Shown piece by piece: positions 63,639-64,000 of a stretch of 64,000 nucleotides of DNA (position 1 is its first letter; each line of letters starts with the position of its first letter). The notes beneath the pieces are model-generated. The model had not been told where the DNA came from, ran no database searches, and worked only from the letters and a program-made list of their open reading frames with translations. The position numbers were made by a program, and so were the translations under genes. Origin of the DNA: Squalus acanthias (lineage: Eukaryota); the NCBI GenBank assembly GCA_030390025.1, contig JASTWF010000123.1, forward strand, positions 744,001 through 808,000, written 5' to 3'.

Positions 63639-63809
63639 TATGCAGAATAAATTTTAAAAAAAATTGCTGCCCTGCTGTTGTGTTGCGAATGCTTTATTTT
63701 GTTAAATTTGGCAACAGTTTAAACCTTAAGTAAGATTAAAAATAATATATAATGTAAGATGGATTTTCACTTAATCTTCTGCTTGTGCAAGTTGTACAAT
63801 CTCTCGCAG

Positions 63810-63990
63810 TATCTGTCCTTCTCTCTCCATTCTCTCTCTGCCTCTCTCGGTTTCTCTCTCTATATCTGTAAATATCTATTTATATCTCTTTCAATCTCTC
63901 TCTATATTCTGTGTCTGTCTGTCTCTCACTGTGCTCTCTCTATGTGGCTCTCTGTGTGTCCTTGTCTCTATATCTCTCTCTTCTCGCTCT
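63810..63990. repeat. Degenerate (CT)n low-complexity tract
   Basis: Direct inspection. Confidence 0.75.
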
Positions 63991-64000
63991 AAGCTCCATA

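Overview
Vertebrate genomic DNA, almost certainly a cartilaginous fish (shark-type Ig cluster, V-SINE/DeuSINE, CR1, L2 and Penelope elements). The main content is one immunoglobulin heavy-chain cluster of the IgW class on the minus strand (about 58,657 down to 22,660). Exon order: leader, VH with a 23-RSS, a single J-type segment, CH1, CH2, short-form secretory tail, CH3, CH4, CH5, CH6 with long secretory tail, TM1 and TM2. The cluster is atypical in four ways. (i) No free D segment is visible, and the J segment carries a 12-bp-spacer RSS, so V can join it in one step. (ii) CH1 has Ser (AGT) where the light-chain-linking Cys is expected. (iii) CH2 and the short secretory tail each carry a 1-nt frameshift. 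(iv) All other exons are open and phase-compatible, so skipping CH2 would give a V+5C chain with an IgNAR-like domain count. Introns and flanks contain nested CR1/RTE LINEs, four Penelope-like copies each ending in a minimal hammerhead ribozyme motif, SINEs, MITEs and 35/41/67-bp minisatellites. Positions 1-22,450 are a 27/28-bp hairpin satellite with higher-order duplications, and nearly all ORFs listed there are artefacts. Family assignments rest on my recall of shark IgW sequences, not on a database search.
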